NCBI GenBank assembly: GCA_036403155.1
Contig: DASWRM010000010.1
Location: forward strand, 33,618-97,617
Source of the DNA: Gaiellales bacterium
Lineage (GTDB): Bacteria > Actinomycetota > Thermoleophilia > Gaiellales > JAICJC01
Reading direction: 5' to 3'
Length of the DNA stretch: 64,000 nt
Shown here piece by piece: positions 36,330 to 44,099 of this stretch (position 1 is its first letter; each line of letters begins with the position of its first letter). The position numbers and the translations under genes were made by a program. The notes below the pieces were generated by a model. The model worked only from the letters and a program-made list of their open reading frames with translations. It had not been told where the DNA came from and searched no databases.

Positions 36330-37466
36330 CTAGGCGTGGGCCATCACCAGGTCGCGCTCGGGCTGGATGCCCCAGCGCGCTGCGGTAGAGCGCAGGTCAT
36401 CGTCGAGCGGCCACGCGTCGGCCCGTGCGTCGCCCTCGTGTGCGGGAGACCCGCCCTTGAGTGCCATGCAGCCGGTGTTGTCGCCGACCGCGTCGATCGA
36501 CCGCAGCTCGTCCGCGGTGAGCGGCGGGGGCTCCGGCACCGACGCCAGCTCGCGCCGCTTCTCCTCGACCGGCCGTGCGTCGTGGCCGGCCTCCTGGATC
36601 AGCGTGGGCGCGACGCAGGCGACCGGCGGCTGGGCCAGTGTCCAGGCTGCGGCGAGCTGGAGCGGCGTCAGGCCGTGGCGCTCGCCGATCGGCCGGATGC
36701 GCTCGAGCTTCGCCCTCGCTTCCGCGACCCAGCCGGCCGGCCGGAACCGGCGATGATCGTGCTCCGGGAACCCTTCCTCATCGACGACGTCGTCCCAGAA
36801 GATCCCGCCGTAGTCCACGACCCGCGCGATCACCCGCACGCCGGCCCGCTCGCAGGCCGGGAGCGCGAGCCGGCCAGGCCACGGTTCGAAGGGGTTCAGG
36901 ATCAGCATCGCCCAGTCGATGCGGTCGCCGAACCGCTCCAGGCAGGAGATGACGTCCAGGGTGAAGCCGTTGGCCGGGCCCGGCGCAACCCCGATCGCGC
37001 CGGCCAGCCCGGCGTCGCGCAGCGCTGCCATGGCGTCCCAGACCGCCGGCGAGGTGTAGCCCGTGTGGTCGGGGTTGTGGAGCAGCAGGACGTCGAAGCG
37101 GTCGACGCCGCACCGCTCGAGACTGGCCTCGGTGGCCGCACGCAGGTACGCGGCGTAGTCCTGCGGGGCGCGGAGCGAGGGATCCGTGAAGCGGGGGAAG
37201 CCCTTGGCTCCGGCGCGCTCGCCGGTCGTGAAGTCGTGCCCGACCATGCCCACCAGGCGGTAGCTCGACCGGTCGAGACCACGCAGCGCCGCGCCCACGT
37301 CGCGGTCGGCATCGCCGGTTCCGTAGACGTCCGCGGTTATGACGGTCGAGACGTCGTCGCCGGGGCGCAGGAGCCGGGCCATCCGCTGATCGCCGATCGG
37401 CACGCCGAACCGCATGTGCTGACCGCCGCTCCACGAGCCGAGCGCCGTGTGGCCGAGACTGGTCAT
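36330..37466 (-). CDS. Aldo/keto reductase family oxidoreductase
   Basis: AKR-like pattern (ITADVYGTGDADRDVG ... LLLHNPD). Confidence 0.75.
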   Translation of the reverse strand: MTSLGHTALGSWSGGQHMRFGVPIGDQRMARLLRPGDDVSTVITADVYGTGDADRDVGAALRGLDRSSYRLVGMVGHDFTTGERAGAKGFPRFTDPSLRAPQDYAAYLRAATEASLERCGVDRFDVLLLHNPDHTGYTSPAVWDAMAALRDAGLAGAIGVAPGPANGFTLDVISCLERFGDRIDWAMLILNPFEPWPGRLALPACERAGVRVIARVVDYGGIFWDDVVDEEGFPEHDHRRFRPAGWVAEARAKLERIRPIGERHGLTPLQLAAAWTLAQPPVACVAPTLIQEAGHDARPVEEKRRELASVPEPPPLTADELRSIDAVGDNTGCMALKGGSPAHEGDARADAWPLDDDLRSTAARWGIQPERDLVMAHA

Positions 37467-37498
37467 GAGCCTAGAGTAGCTAGGCTAGGGCCTCCCCG

Positions 37499-37571
37499 GC
37501 CCTCGTAGCTCAGGGGATAGAGCGCGGCTCTCCTAAGGCCGGCGTCGCAGGTTCGAATCCTGCCGAGGGCA
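37499..37571 (+). tRNA. tRNA-Arg (anticodon CCT)
   Basis: The cloverleaf was folded by hand. Acceptor stem GCCCTCG/CGAGGGC, D arm GCTC-AGGGGATA-GAGC, anticodon loop CTCCTAA (CCT at 37532..37534), T arm GCAGG-TTCGAAT-CCTGC, discriminator A. CCA is not encoded. Confidence 0.9.
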
Positions 37572-37601
37572 TCCCGTCACCCGCCGCCGGGACGTGGAGG
37601 G

Positions 37602-37646
37602 TCGGCCGGCCGCGGGGTGCAAGAGGTCCCAGTCACGGCCGGCCGA
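37602..37646 (+). terminator. 11-bp GC inverted repeat downstream of the tRNA (TCGGCCGGCCG-N23-CGGCCGGCCGA)
   Basis: Read from the sequence. It may be a tRNA transcript terminator or processing stem. There is no U-tract. Confidence 0.3.
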
Positions 37647-37767
37647 TCGGCGTGCACTCTAGCCCCGCCCGCCGCGCCGCCGCCGGCCGTGATTCGGATC
37701 TGGTGTTTGTCCGGTTCACAACGCGTTAAGAAGAGGATTCCGCTAAAGAATCCGTGAAAACGGACGA

Positions 37768-37773
37768 TATACT
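37768..37773 (+). promoter_or_regulatory. -10 box TATACT 6 nt upstream of ATG 37780 (leaderless-type promoter)
   Basis: The box lies in the only markedly AT-rich patch of the window. The 9-mer ATATACTCC recurs at 40834..40842 upstream of the amidotransferase gene. Confidence 0.45.
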
Positions 37774-37779
37774 CCAACC

Positions 37780-37941
37780 ATGATCAATATTCTTCCGATA
37801 TATACGGCTACCAAGCCGTCGCATACCCGCCGCGAGAGCGAGCGGGACTATCTGATCCGGATGGCGCGCATGCGCGATCTGGAGGAGCGCCGGGCCAACC
37901 GGCGCGGCGTTCTGCGCCGCATCCGCGACCGCGCCGCCTGA
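37780..37941 (+). CDS. 53-aa Arg-rich small protein, unknown function (candidate leaderless gene)
   Basis: Absent from the ORF track. Manual translation: MINILPIYTATKPSHTRRESERDYLIRMARMRDLEERRANRRGVLRRIRDRAA. The first 9 codons are AT-rich and the rest show normal high GC3. Confidence 0.4.
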   Translation: MINILPIYTATKPSHTRRESERDYLIRMARMRDLEERRANRRGVLRRIRDRAA

Positions 37942-37998
37942 GACAGCAGTCTCGGCGGCCGGTCGCGAACCGGCGGCCCGCCCGCGAAGCGTTCCGGT

Positions 37999-39444
37999 CT
38001 ACTCGGTGGAGATGAAGACGCTCTTCAGCTCGGTGTTGTGCTCCAGCGCCTGCATGCCGAGCTCCTTCCCGACGCCGGACTGCTTGTAGCCGCCGAACGG
38101 CGTCTGCACGAAGACGCTCGAGTTGGTGTTGACGCCCAGGACGCCGGTCCTGAGCGCGCGGGCCACCCGGAGCTGCCGCGCGCCGTCGCGCGTCCACAGC
38201 GATCCGGATAGCCCGTAGGGCGTGTCGTTTGCGATTTCGACGGCTTCCCGCTCCGTGTCGAACGGGATCACCGTCACGACCGGTCCGAAGATCTCCTCGC
38301 GCGCGACGGTCATCTGGTTGGTGGCGTCGTCGAGCACGACCGGGCGGAGGAAGAAGCCCCGACCGAGCTCGCCGTTCGGCCGGTCGCCGCCGGTGACGAT
38401 CCGGGCCCCCTCGTCGACGCCCGTGCGGATGTAGCGCTCGACGGTCTCACGCTGCCCGGCCGAGATCATCGGCCCGACCTGTGTGTCGGGATCCTCCGGC
38501 ATGCCGACCCGCATCGCCCGGGTCGTGGCGGCGTAGCGCTCCACGAGCTCGTCCTTGACCGAGCGCTCGACGATCAGGCGCGACCGGGCGCAGCAGTCCT
38601 GCCCGCAGTTCTCGAACACCGCGAACGGCGCCAGCCGCCCCACCTTGTCGAGGTCGGCATCCGCGAACACCACGCACGCCGACTTGCCGCCCAGCTCCAG
38701 CGTCACGCGCTTGATGGTGGCCGCGGCCTTGCGGGCGATCGACCCGCCCACCTCCGTGGAGCCCGTGAAGCCGATCTTACCGACGGCTGGACGCCCGACC
38801 AGGGCGTCGCCGACGGTGCTGCCCGGCCCGGGGACGACGTTCAGCGCGCCGGCCGGCAGGCCCGCCTCGCCCGCCAGCTCGGCGTAGCGCAGCACGGAAA
38901 GGGGCGTCAGGCTGGCCGGCTTCAGCACGACCGTGTTGCCCGCGGCCAGCGCGGGCGCGATCTTCCAGTTCGCGATGTTGAGGGGGAAGTTCCAGGGCGT
39001 GATCAGGCCGACGACCCCGATCGGCTCGCGGAAGGTCATGGCCACCCCGTCGCGCTCGACCGGGATCGTGTGCCCGAAGAACTTGTCGACGGCGCCGGCG
39101 TAGTAGCGGATCACGTCGACGATCATGGCGAGCTGCCCGCGCGCGTCCGAGATCGGCATGCCGACGTTCCGGCACTCGAGCAGCGCCAACTCCTCGGCGT
39201 GCTCTTCCACGAGCGCCGCGAACCGGTGCATCACCCGCCCCCGCGTGACGGGGGACAGCGCGCCCCACCGCTCGTACGCTGCAACCGCCGCGGCGACCGC
39301 CCGGTCGATGTCCTCGACGCCGCCCTCCGCCACGGTCGCGAGCTGCTCGGCCGTCGCGGGGTTGACCACGGCGAACGTCCTGCCCTCCGCGGCGGCGACG
39401 CGATCGCCGGCGATCAGCAGCCCCTCGGCGGCGGTCGCGGTCAT
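37999..39444 (-). CDS. NAD(P)-dependent aldehyde dehydrogenase
   Basis: Start at ATG 39444 (MTATAAEGLL). ALDH motifs are present: ELGGKSACVV, the catalytic Cys region FENCGQDCCARSR, and PFGGYKQSGVG. Confidence 0.9.
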   Translation of the reverse strand: MTATAAEGLLIAGDRVAAAEGRTFAVVNPATAEQLATVAEGGVEDIDRAVAAAVAAYERWGALSPVTRGRVMHRFAALVEEHAEELALLECRNVGMPISDARGQLAMIVDVIRYYAGAVDKFFGHTIPVERDGVAMTFREPIGVVGLITPWNFPLNIANWKIAPALAAGNTVVLKPASLTPLSVLRYAELAGEAGLPAGALNVVPGPGSTVGDALVGRPAVGKIGFTGSTEVGGSIARKAAATIKRVTLELGGKSACVVFADADLDKVGRLAPFAVFENCGQDCCARSRLIVERSVKDELVERYAATTRAMRVGMPEDPDTQVGPMISAGQRETVERYIRTGVDEGARIVTGGDRPNGELGRGFFLRPVVLDDATNQMTVAREEIFGPVVTVIPFDTEREAVEIANDTPYGLSGSLWTRDGARQLRVARALRTGVLGVNTNSSVFVQTPFGGYKQSGVGKELGMQALEHNTELKSVFISTE

Positions 39445-39454
39445 GGCGTGGATC

Positions 39455-40831
39455 CTACAGCCGCTCGAAGCCGCGGAACTTCTCCCAGTCGGTGACCGCG
39501 GCGTCGAACGCCCGCTGCTCGGTGCGCGCGTAGTGGAGGTAGTGGTCGACCACCTCACCGCCGAACGCCTCGCGCGCCAGCTCGGAGCCCTCGAGTCCCG
39601 CGATCGCGTCCCGCAGCGAGGTCGGGATGCGCGGCTTCTCGGGCGGCGCGGTGTAGGCGTTGCCACGGTATGGCTCCTCGAGCGCCAGCTGCTCGTCGAT
39701 GCCCTTGAGCCCGGCGGCGATCATCGCGGCGAATGCGAGATACGGGTTGCAGTCGGCGCCGGGCATGCGGTTCTCGAGCCGCAGGCCGTTGCCATGTCCG
39801 ACGACGCGCAGCGCGCACGTCCGGTTGTCGGTGTCCCACACCAGCGTCGTGGGCGCGAACGACCCGGACGCGAAGCGCTTGTAGGAGTTGACGTTCGGGG
39901 CGAAGAAGTACGTCAGCTCCCGGGTGTACGCCAGCTGACCGGCGATGAAGTGCCTGAACGTGTCGCTCATGCCCTGCCCCTCCTCCCCGGGGAAGAGGCT
40001 CCCGTCGGCGTCCCAGAAGCTGCAGTGGATGTGGCAGGAGTTGCCCTCGCGCTCGTCCCACTTCGCCATGAAGCTGATGGAGCTGCCGTGCTGCCAGGCG
40101 ATCTCGCGCGCGCCGTTCTTGTAGATGCTGTGGTTGTCGGCCATGGTGAGGGCGTCCGCGTAGCGGAAGTTGACCTCGTGCTGGCCGAAGTTGCACTCGC
40201 CCTTCGAATCCTCCACGGGGACGCCGGCGGCCGCCATCCCGAGCCGGATCGGCCGGATCACGTCTTCGACGACGGTCGTGCCGAAGATCGAGTAGTCGAC
40301 GTTGTAGGGGTTGGCACCCGTGAGGCCGTGGTACCGCTTGGCGCGGGCCTCGTCGTAGGTCTCGCGGAACAGCATGAACTCGAGCTCGGAGCCGACGTTC
40401 GCCGTCCACCCGCGCTGGGCCAGGCGGTCGAGCTGGCGGCGCAGGATCTGGCGTGGCGAGGCCACCACCGGCCGGCCGTCCTGCCACTCGAGGTCCGCGA
40501 CCACCAGTGCGGTCGCCTCGAGCCATGGAACTCGGCGCAGCGTCGCCATGTCCGGCTTGAAGACGAAGTCGCCGTACCCGGTGTCCCAGGAGCCCATCTG
40601 GAACCCCTGCACGGTCGCCATGTCGACGTCGACGGTCAGCAGGTAGTAGCACCCCTCCGCTCCGTGCTCGGCGATCTCCGACAGGAAGAACGGCGCGTGC
40701 AGCCGCTTGCCCATCAGACGTCCCTGCATGTCGGTCATCACCAGCAGGACGGTGTCGATGTGCCCGCCCTCGACCTCGCCGCGTAGCTCATCGATCGTCA
40801 CGTGCGCCCCTCCGTCGTGGATTGCGGCCAT
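39455..40831 (-). CDS. Glutamine synthetase family protein, gamma-glutamyl-polyamine synthetase-like (PuuA/GlnA3-like)
   Basis: GS catalytic-domain motifs are present (GSELEFMLF, KGECNFGQHEVNF, NSCHIHCSFW, NSYKR). AGGAG lies 7 nt upstream of the ATG. Confidence 0.8.
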   Translation of the reverse strand: MAAIHDGGAHVTIDELRGEVEGGHIDTVLLVMTDMQGRLMGKRLHAPFFLSEIAEHGAEGCYYLLTVDVDMATVQGFQMGSWDTGYGDFVFKPDMATLRRVPWLEATALVVADLEWQDGRPVVASPRQILRRQLDRLAQRGWTANVGSELEFMLFRETYDEARAKRYHGLTGANPYNVDYSIFGTTVVEDVIRPIRLGMAAAGVPVEDSKGECNFGQHEVNFRYADALTMADNHSIYKNGAREIAWQHGSSISFMAKWDEREGNSCHIHCSFWDADGSLFPGEEGQGMSDTFRHFIAGQLAYTRELTYFFAPNVNSYKRFASGSFAPTTLVWDTDNRTCALRVVGHGNGLRLENRMPGADCNPYLAFAAMIAAGLKGIDEQLALEEPYRGNAYTAPPEKPRIPTSLRDAIAGLEGSELAREAFGGEVVDHYLHYARTEQRAFDAAVTDWEKFRGFERL

Positions 40832-40849
40832 TCATATACTCCTGCCGGT

Positions 40850-41566
40850 ATGCACCGCAACCGCCCGCTGATCGGCATCACGGCGTACGAGGTGCCGGCC
40901 AGCTTCTCGCACTGGCGTGACGTGGCGAGCACCATGGTGCCGGCCGGGTACGCGCACGCCGTCGCGGCGGCCGGTGGCATGCCGGTGGTGATCCCTCCGT
41001 TCGATGGCACGTCGGAGCTGCTCGACCGTCTGGACGGCCTGGTGCTCAGCGGTGGCTCTGACATCGACCCCGAGCTGTACGGGCAGGAGCGCCGGCCGGA
41101 GACCGTGGGCATCGTCCGCCGCCGCGACGACTCGGAGCTCGAGCTGCTGCATGCCGCGCTCGGACGCGGCACGCCGGTGCTGGCGATCTGCCGGGGGATG
41201 CAGCTGCTGAACGTGGCATGTGGCGGCACGCTGGTGCAGCACCTGGCCGAGTCGCCCGGCGTGGTGCACAAGGGCCCGCCCGGGACGTTCGCGACCCACG
41301 ACGTCTCGGTGGGCGGCGGCACGCGGTTGCATGGGCTGGTTGGCGACGCCGTGGAGGTGCACTCCTGCCATCACCAGGGCATCGACCGCCCGGGCGATGG
41401 CGTCGTCGTGACCGCCCACGCGTCGGACGGGGTCGTCGAGGGCATCGAGCTCGACGGTGAGCGCTTTGCGGTCGGCGTGCTGTGGCACCCGGAAGAGCAC
41501 GCGGAGCTGGGCGGTCCGCTGTTTCGCGGCCTGGTCGAGGCAACCCAGCCCGCTGCGGCTGTCTGA
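40850..41566 (+). CDS. Class-I glutamine amidotransferase, peptidase C26 / gamma-glutamyl-GABA hydrolase-like (PuuD-like)
   Basis: Start at ATG 40850 (MHRNRPLIGITAY). The nucleophile elbow is AICRGMQLLN and the His region is GVLWHPE. Confidence 0.8.
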   Translation: MHRNRPLIGITAYEVPASFSHWRDVASTMVPAGYAHAVAAAGGMPVVIPPFDGTSELLDRLDGLVLSGGSDIDPELYGQERRPETVGIVRRRDDSELELLHAALGRGTPVLAICRGMQLLNVACGGTLVQHLAESPGVVHKGPPGTFATHDVSVGGGTRLHGLVGDAVEVHSCHHQGIDRPGDGVVVTAHASDGVVEGIELDGERFAVGVLWHPEEHAELGGPLFRGLVEATQPAAAV

Positions 41567-41577
41567 GGGAGCCGGCG

Positions 41578-41958
41578 TCAGCCGGCCGGCCGCCGCTGTG
41601 CCGCGCGGATCGCCTCGATCAGCTCGTCCAGCCCCACGCCCTTCTTGAGGCAGCTCGTCGCTCCGGCGGCCAGCGCCGCCTCGATCATCTGCGGCTCGTC
41701 GTAGGCCGACAGCACGACCACCGGCATCGCCCAGGCGGCGCGCGCGATCTGCTCGGTCGCCTCGATCCCGTCGACGTTGGGCATGCGCATGTCCATGACC
41801 ACCACGTCGGGCGTGGACTGCTCGGCCAGCGTCACAGCCTCGGCGCCGTCGCTGGCCTCCGCCACCACGGTCATGCCGGCCTCTGCCAGCGCGTCCCGGA
41901 GAACGCCCCGGAGCAGGGCGTTGTCCTCCGCGATCAGGATCCGAATCGACTCCGTCAC
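41578..41958 (-). CDS. Single-domain CheY-like response regulator
   Basis: Start at GTG 41958 (VTESIRILIAEDN). Canonical receiver residues are present (ED pair, VVMDMRMP, VLSAY, CLKKG). Confidence 0.85.
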   Translation of the reverse strand: MTESIRILIAEDNALLRGVLRDALAEAGMTVVAEASDGAEAVTLAEQSTPDVVVMDMRMPNVDGIEATEQIARAAWAMPVVVLSAYDEPQMIEAALAAGATSCLKKGVGLDELIEAIRAAQRRPAG

Positions 41959-42004
41959 GTTGGTCGGCAAGCCTACGTGGTCGTGCGGCGAGCGTGCAAC
42001 CGGT

Positions 42005-42724
42005 TCAGCCCTGCTCGGCCGGATACAGCTGCTCGACCCCGTCCTGGGCGAACCGGCCCGCGGCCGCCGGCCCCAGTCCGCGGGTGCGGGCCAGGCAGTA
42101 GAGCGCACCGAACGTGTCGCCGGCGCCCGTCGGGTCGGCCAGCCGCCTCCCGCTCCCGGCGATGACGTGCCGCCGACCATCCGCGGTCACGACGGCGCCG
42201 CGCTCGGCGCGCGTGACCAGCAGCTCGGCGGCGTCGAGGCCCGGCGAGGCCTCCGCCTCGGCCTCGTTCACCTTGAGGGCGGCGACCCCGGCCAGGCTCG
42301 CGGCCGGGATCGCGCGCAGGGACACCGGCCCGGCGTCCGCGCCTCTGGCCAGTCCCTGTCCGTCGAGGCACAGAAGGTGCCCCGCGTCCACGAGCAGCTG
42401 CACCGTCTCGGCCGGGAAATCGCCGGCCGTCTGTCCGCCGAGCAGCACCCACCGGCACCCGGCGAGCCGGGGAAGCAGCGCTCGCGCGTCCTCCGGGAGG
42501 AGCGGCTCGGGCACCGTGACGATCTCCTGTTCGGTGCCCGACGCCGTGTGCCGGAGGCGTGAGACCAGCCGGCCCGTCTCGATCGCGACCGGCATTGCGC
42601 CCACCGCGCGCAGCGCCCGCCCGGCGTAGTGCGGCGTGCCACCCGGACGGCGCTTCGCCGGGCCGTCTCCGAGCGTGATCTCGTCGACCGTGGCCGGGCC
42701 GAGCACTCCCACCAGCTCGCTCAC
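42005..42724 (-). CDS. PfkB-family (ribokinase-like) kinase, short form (239 aa)
   Basis: The start is GTG 42724, in a GTGA overlap with the upstream kinase stop. It has the GG dipeptide (RRPGGTPHYAG) and the ATP/anion-hole motif DPTGAGDTF. Confidence 0.75.
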   Translation of the reverse strand: MSELVGVLGPATVDEITLGDGPAKRRPGGTPHYAGRALRAVGAMPVAIETGRLVSRLRHTASGTEQEIVTVPEPLLPEDARALLPRLAGCRWVLLGGQTAGDFPAETVQLLVDAGHLLCLDGQGLARGADAGPVSLRAIPAASLAGVAALKVNEAEAEASPGLDAAELLVTRAERGAVVTADGRRHVIAGSGRRLADPTGAGDTFGALYCLARTRGLGPAAAGRFAQDGVEQLYPAEQG

Positions 42725-43368
42725 CGCGCGGGCGCCGTCAGCCGCACCCCGACCGGCTCGCCTTCCCGCACCTCGAGCCTCCCGCCGATGCGGGCGGCTC
42801 GCTCCTGGAGCAGGAGCTCGGTGCCGCGCTCGTGACCCGCGCACCCATGCGCCCGCACCTCGAGCGCGACCGTCCCCGGGGACGCGCTGAGCGCGATCTC
42901 GATCGACCGCGCGCCTGCGCGCGCCGCTTCCAGGCACGATTCCCTCGCCACCTGGTAGATCGCCGTGTCGCGGTCGGGGTCGCCCGCGGGCCACGTTCCG
43001 TCGACCCCGAGGGAGGCGCGGACATGGTGCTCCGCCTCGAGCGTCTCGACGAGCGAGCTGAGCGCCTGCAGCAGCCCGCGCTGCTCCATGACCACCGGAT
43101 GCAGGCCGCCGGACATCCGGCGCAGGTCGTCCGCCGCCTCGGCCGCGAGCTGCTCGAGCCGTGCCAGGCCGGCACGCGCCCCCTCGACGTCTCCCTGCTC
43201 GAGCGCGTGGCGGGCGCCGTCGGCCACGAGCCGGATCGCCGTCATCACCTGTTGTGGCCCGTCGTGCAGGCGGTGCGCAAGGTCCTGTCGCTCGGCGTCG
43301 GCCGTGCGCAGGACGTGGTCGAGCAGCACGCCGCGATCGTTCGCCTCACCCGTCCGTCGGCGGAACAT
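42721..43368 (-). CDS. Sensor-less HisKA_3-type histidine kinase-like protein (215 aa)
   Basis: Start at ATG 43368. The H-box DLAHRLHDGPQQ comes almost immediately after the N-terminus, with no TM or sensor domain. By eye, the C-terminal HATPase-like region has non-consensus N, G1 and G2 boxes. Confidence 0.75.
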   Translation of the reverse strand: MFRRRTGEANDRGVLLDHVLRTADAERQDLAHRLHDGPQQVMTAIRLVADGARHALEQGDVEGARAGLARLEQLAAEAADDLRRMSGGLHPVVMEQRGLLQALSSLVETLEAEHHVRASLGVDGTWPAGDPDRDTAIYQVARESCLEAARAGARSIEIALSASPGTVALEVRAHGCAGHERGTELLLQERAARIGGRLEVREGEPVGVRLTAPAR

Positions 43369-44036
43369 CAATCGATCAGCGCGTACCGGAGCGCCAGTGC
43401 CACCGCCTGCGTCCGGGTGTCCGCCTCGAGCTTCGTCATCGCGTTGCGGACGTGCGTGCGGACGGTCTCCGGGCTGATGAAGAGCCTGGACGCGATCTCC
43501 GGGTTGGAGTAGCCGTTGGCGAGCAGTCCCAGGATCTCCCGCTCGCGCGTGGAGAGTGCCGGGAGCCGTTCCGTCGCCTTGGGAGACACCAGCTCGGACG
43601 CGAGCGTCGGATCCACGTATGCACCGCCTTCGGCCACGCGCTTCACCGCGCGCACGATGTCGTCGGGAGGCGCGTCCTTGAGCACGTAGCCGCGCGCCCC
43701 GCAATCGAGGCCCTCAGCCAGCAGTCCGCGCTCGCCGTGTGCGGTGTAGAGGATCACCGCCATCCCCGGATGCGCCGCCGTGATCCGGCGCGTCGCCTCG
43801 AACCCGTCCATGCCGCGCATGCGCACGTCCATGAGGATCACATCCGGTCGCCTGCGCTCGGCCATCTCGATCGCGGCATCGCCGTTCGAGCTCTCGCCGA
43901 TCACCGCGATCTCCCGGTCGCGGGCGAGGATCATCTTCACGCCCTCCCGGACAGCCGCGTGGTCGTCGACGATGAGAACCCGGACCTGCTCGGTCTTCCG
44001 ATCCTCGGCCGTCTCAGAATCCCGGCTGGAGCTCAT
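43368..44036 (-). CDS. NarL/FixJ-family response regulator
   Basis: Canonical receiver (VLIVDDHAAV, VILMDVRMRGMDG, VLKDAP) plus a GerE HTH (LSTREREILGLLANGYSNPEIASRLFISPETVRTHVRNAMTKL). Confidence 0.9.
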   Translation of the reverse strand: MSSSRDSETAEDRKTEQVRVLIVDDHAAVREGVKMILARDREIAVIGESSNGDAAIEMAERRRPDVILMDVRMRGMDGFEATRRITAAHPGMAVILYTAHGERGLLAEGLDCGARGYVLKDAPPDDIVRAVKRVAEGGAYVDPTLASELVSPKATERLPALSTREREILGLLANGYSNPEIASRLFISPETVRTHVRNAMTKLEADTRTQAVALALRYALID

Positions 44037-44086
44037 GGCCCTCCAAATCGTGCTGGCGCGGGGGAACGATTGGAAACACCCTCCCG

Positions 44087-44092
44087 TACAAT
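44087..44092 (+). promoter_or_regulatory. -10 box TACAAT 7 nt upstream of ATG 44100 (leaderless-type)
   Basis: Read from the sequence. The same TACAAT-N7-ATG arrangement occurs upstream of hemB. Confidence 0.45.
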
Positions 44093-44099
44093 CGCCCGC

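Noticed and set aside
37499-37999. A genomic island integrated at tRNA-Arg.
   Set aside because: There is no integrase and no duplicated tRNA 3' segment (only a 6-7 nt GAATCC coincidence). The downstream genes are ordinary high-GC metabolic genes. Only about 120 bp is compositionally odd.
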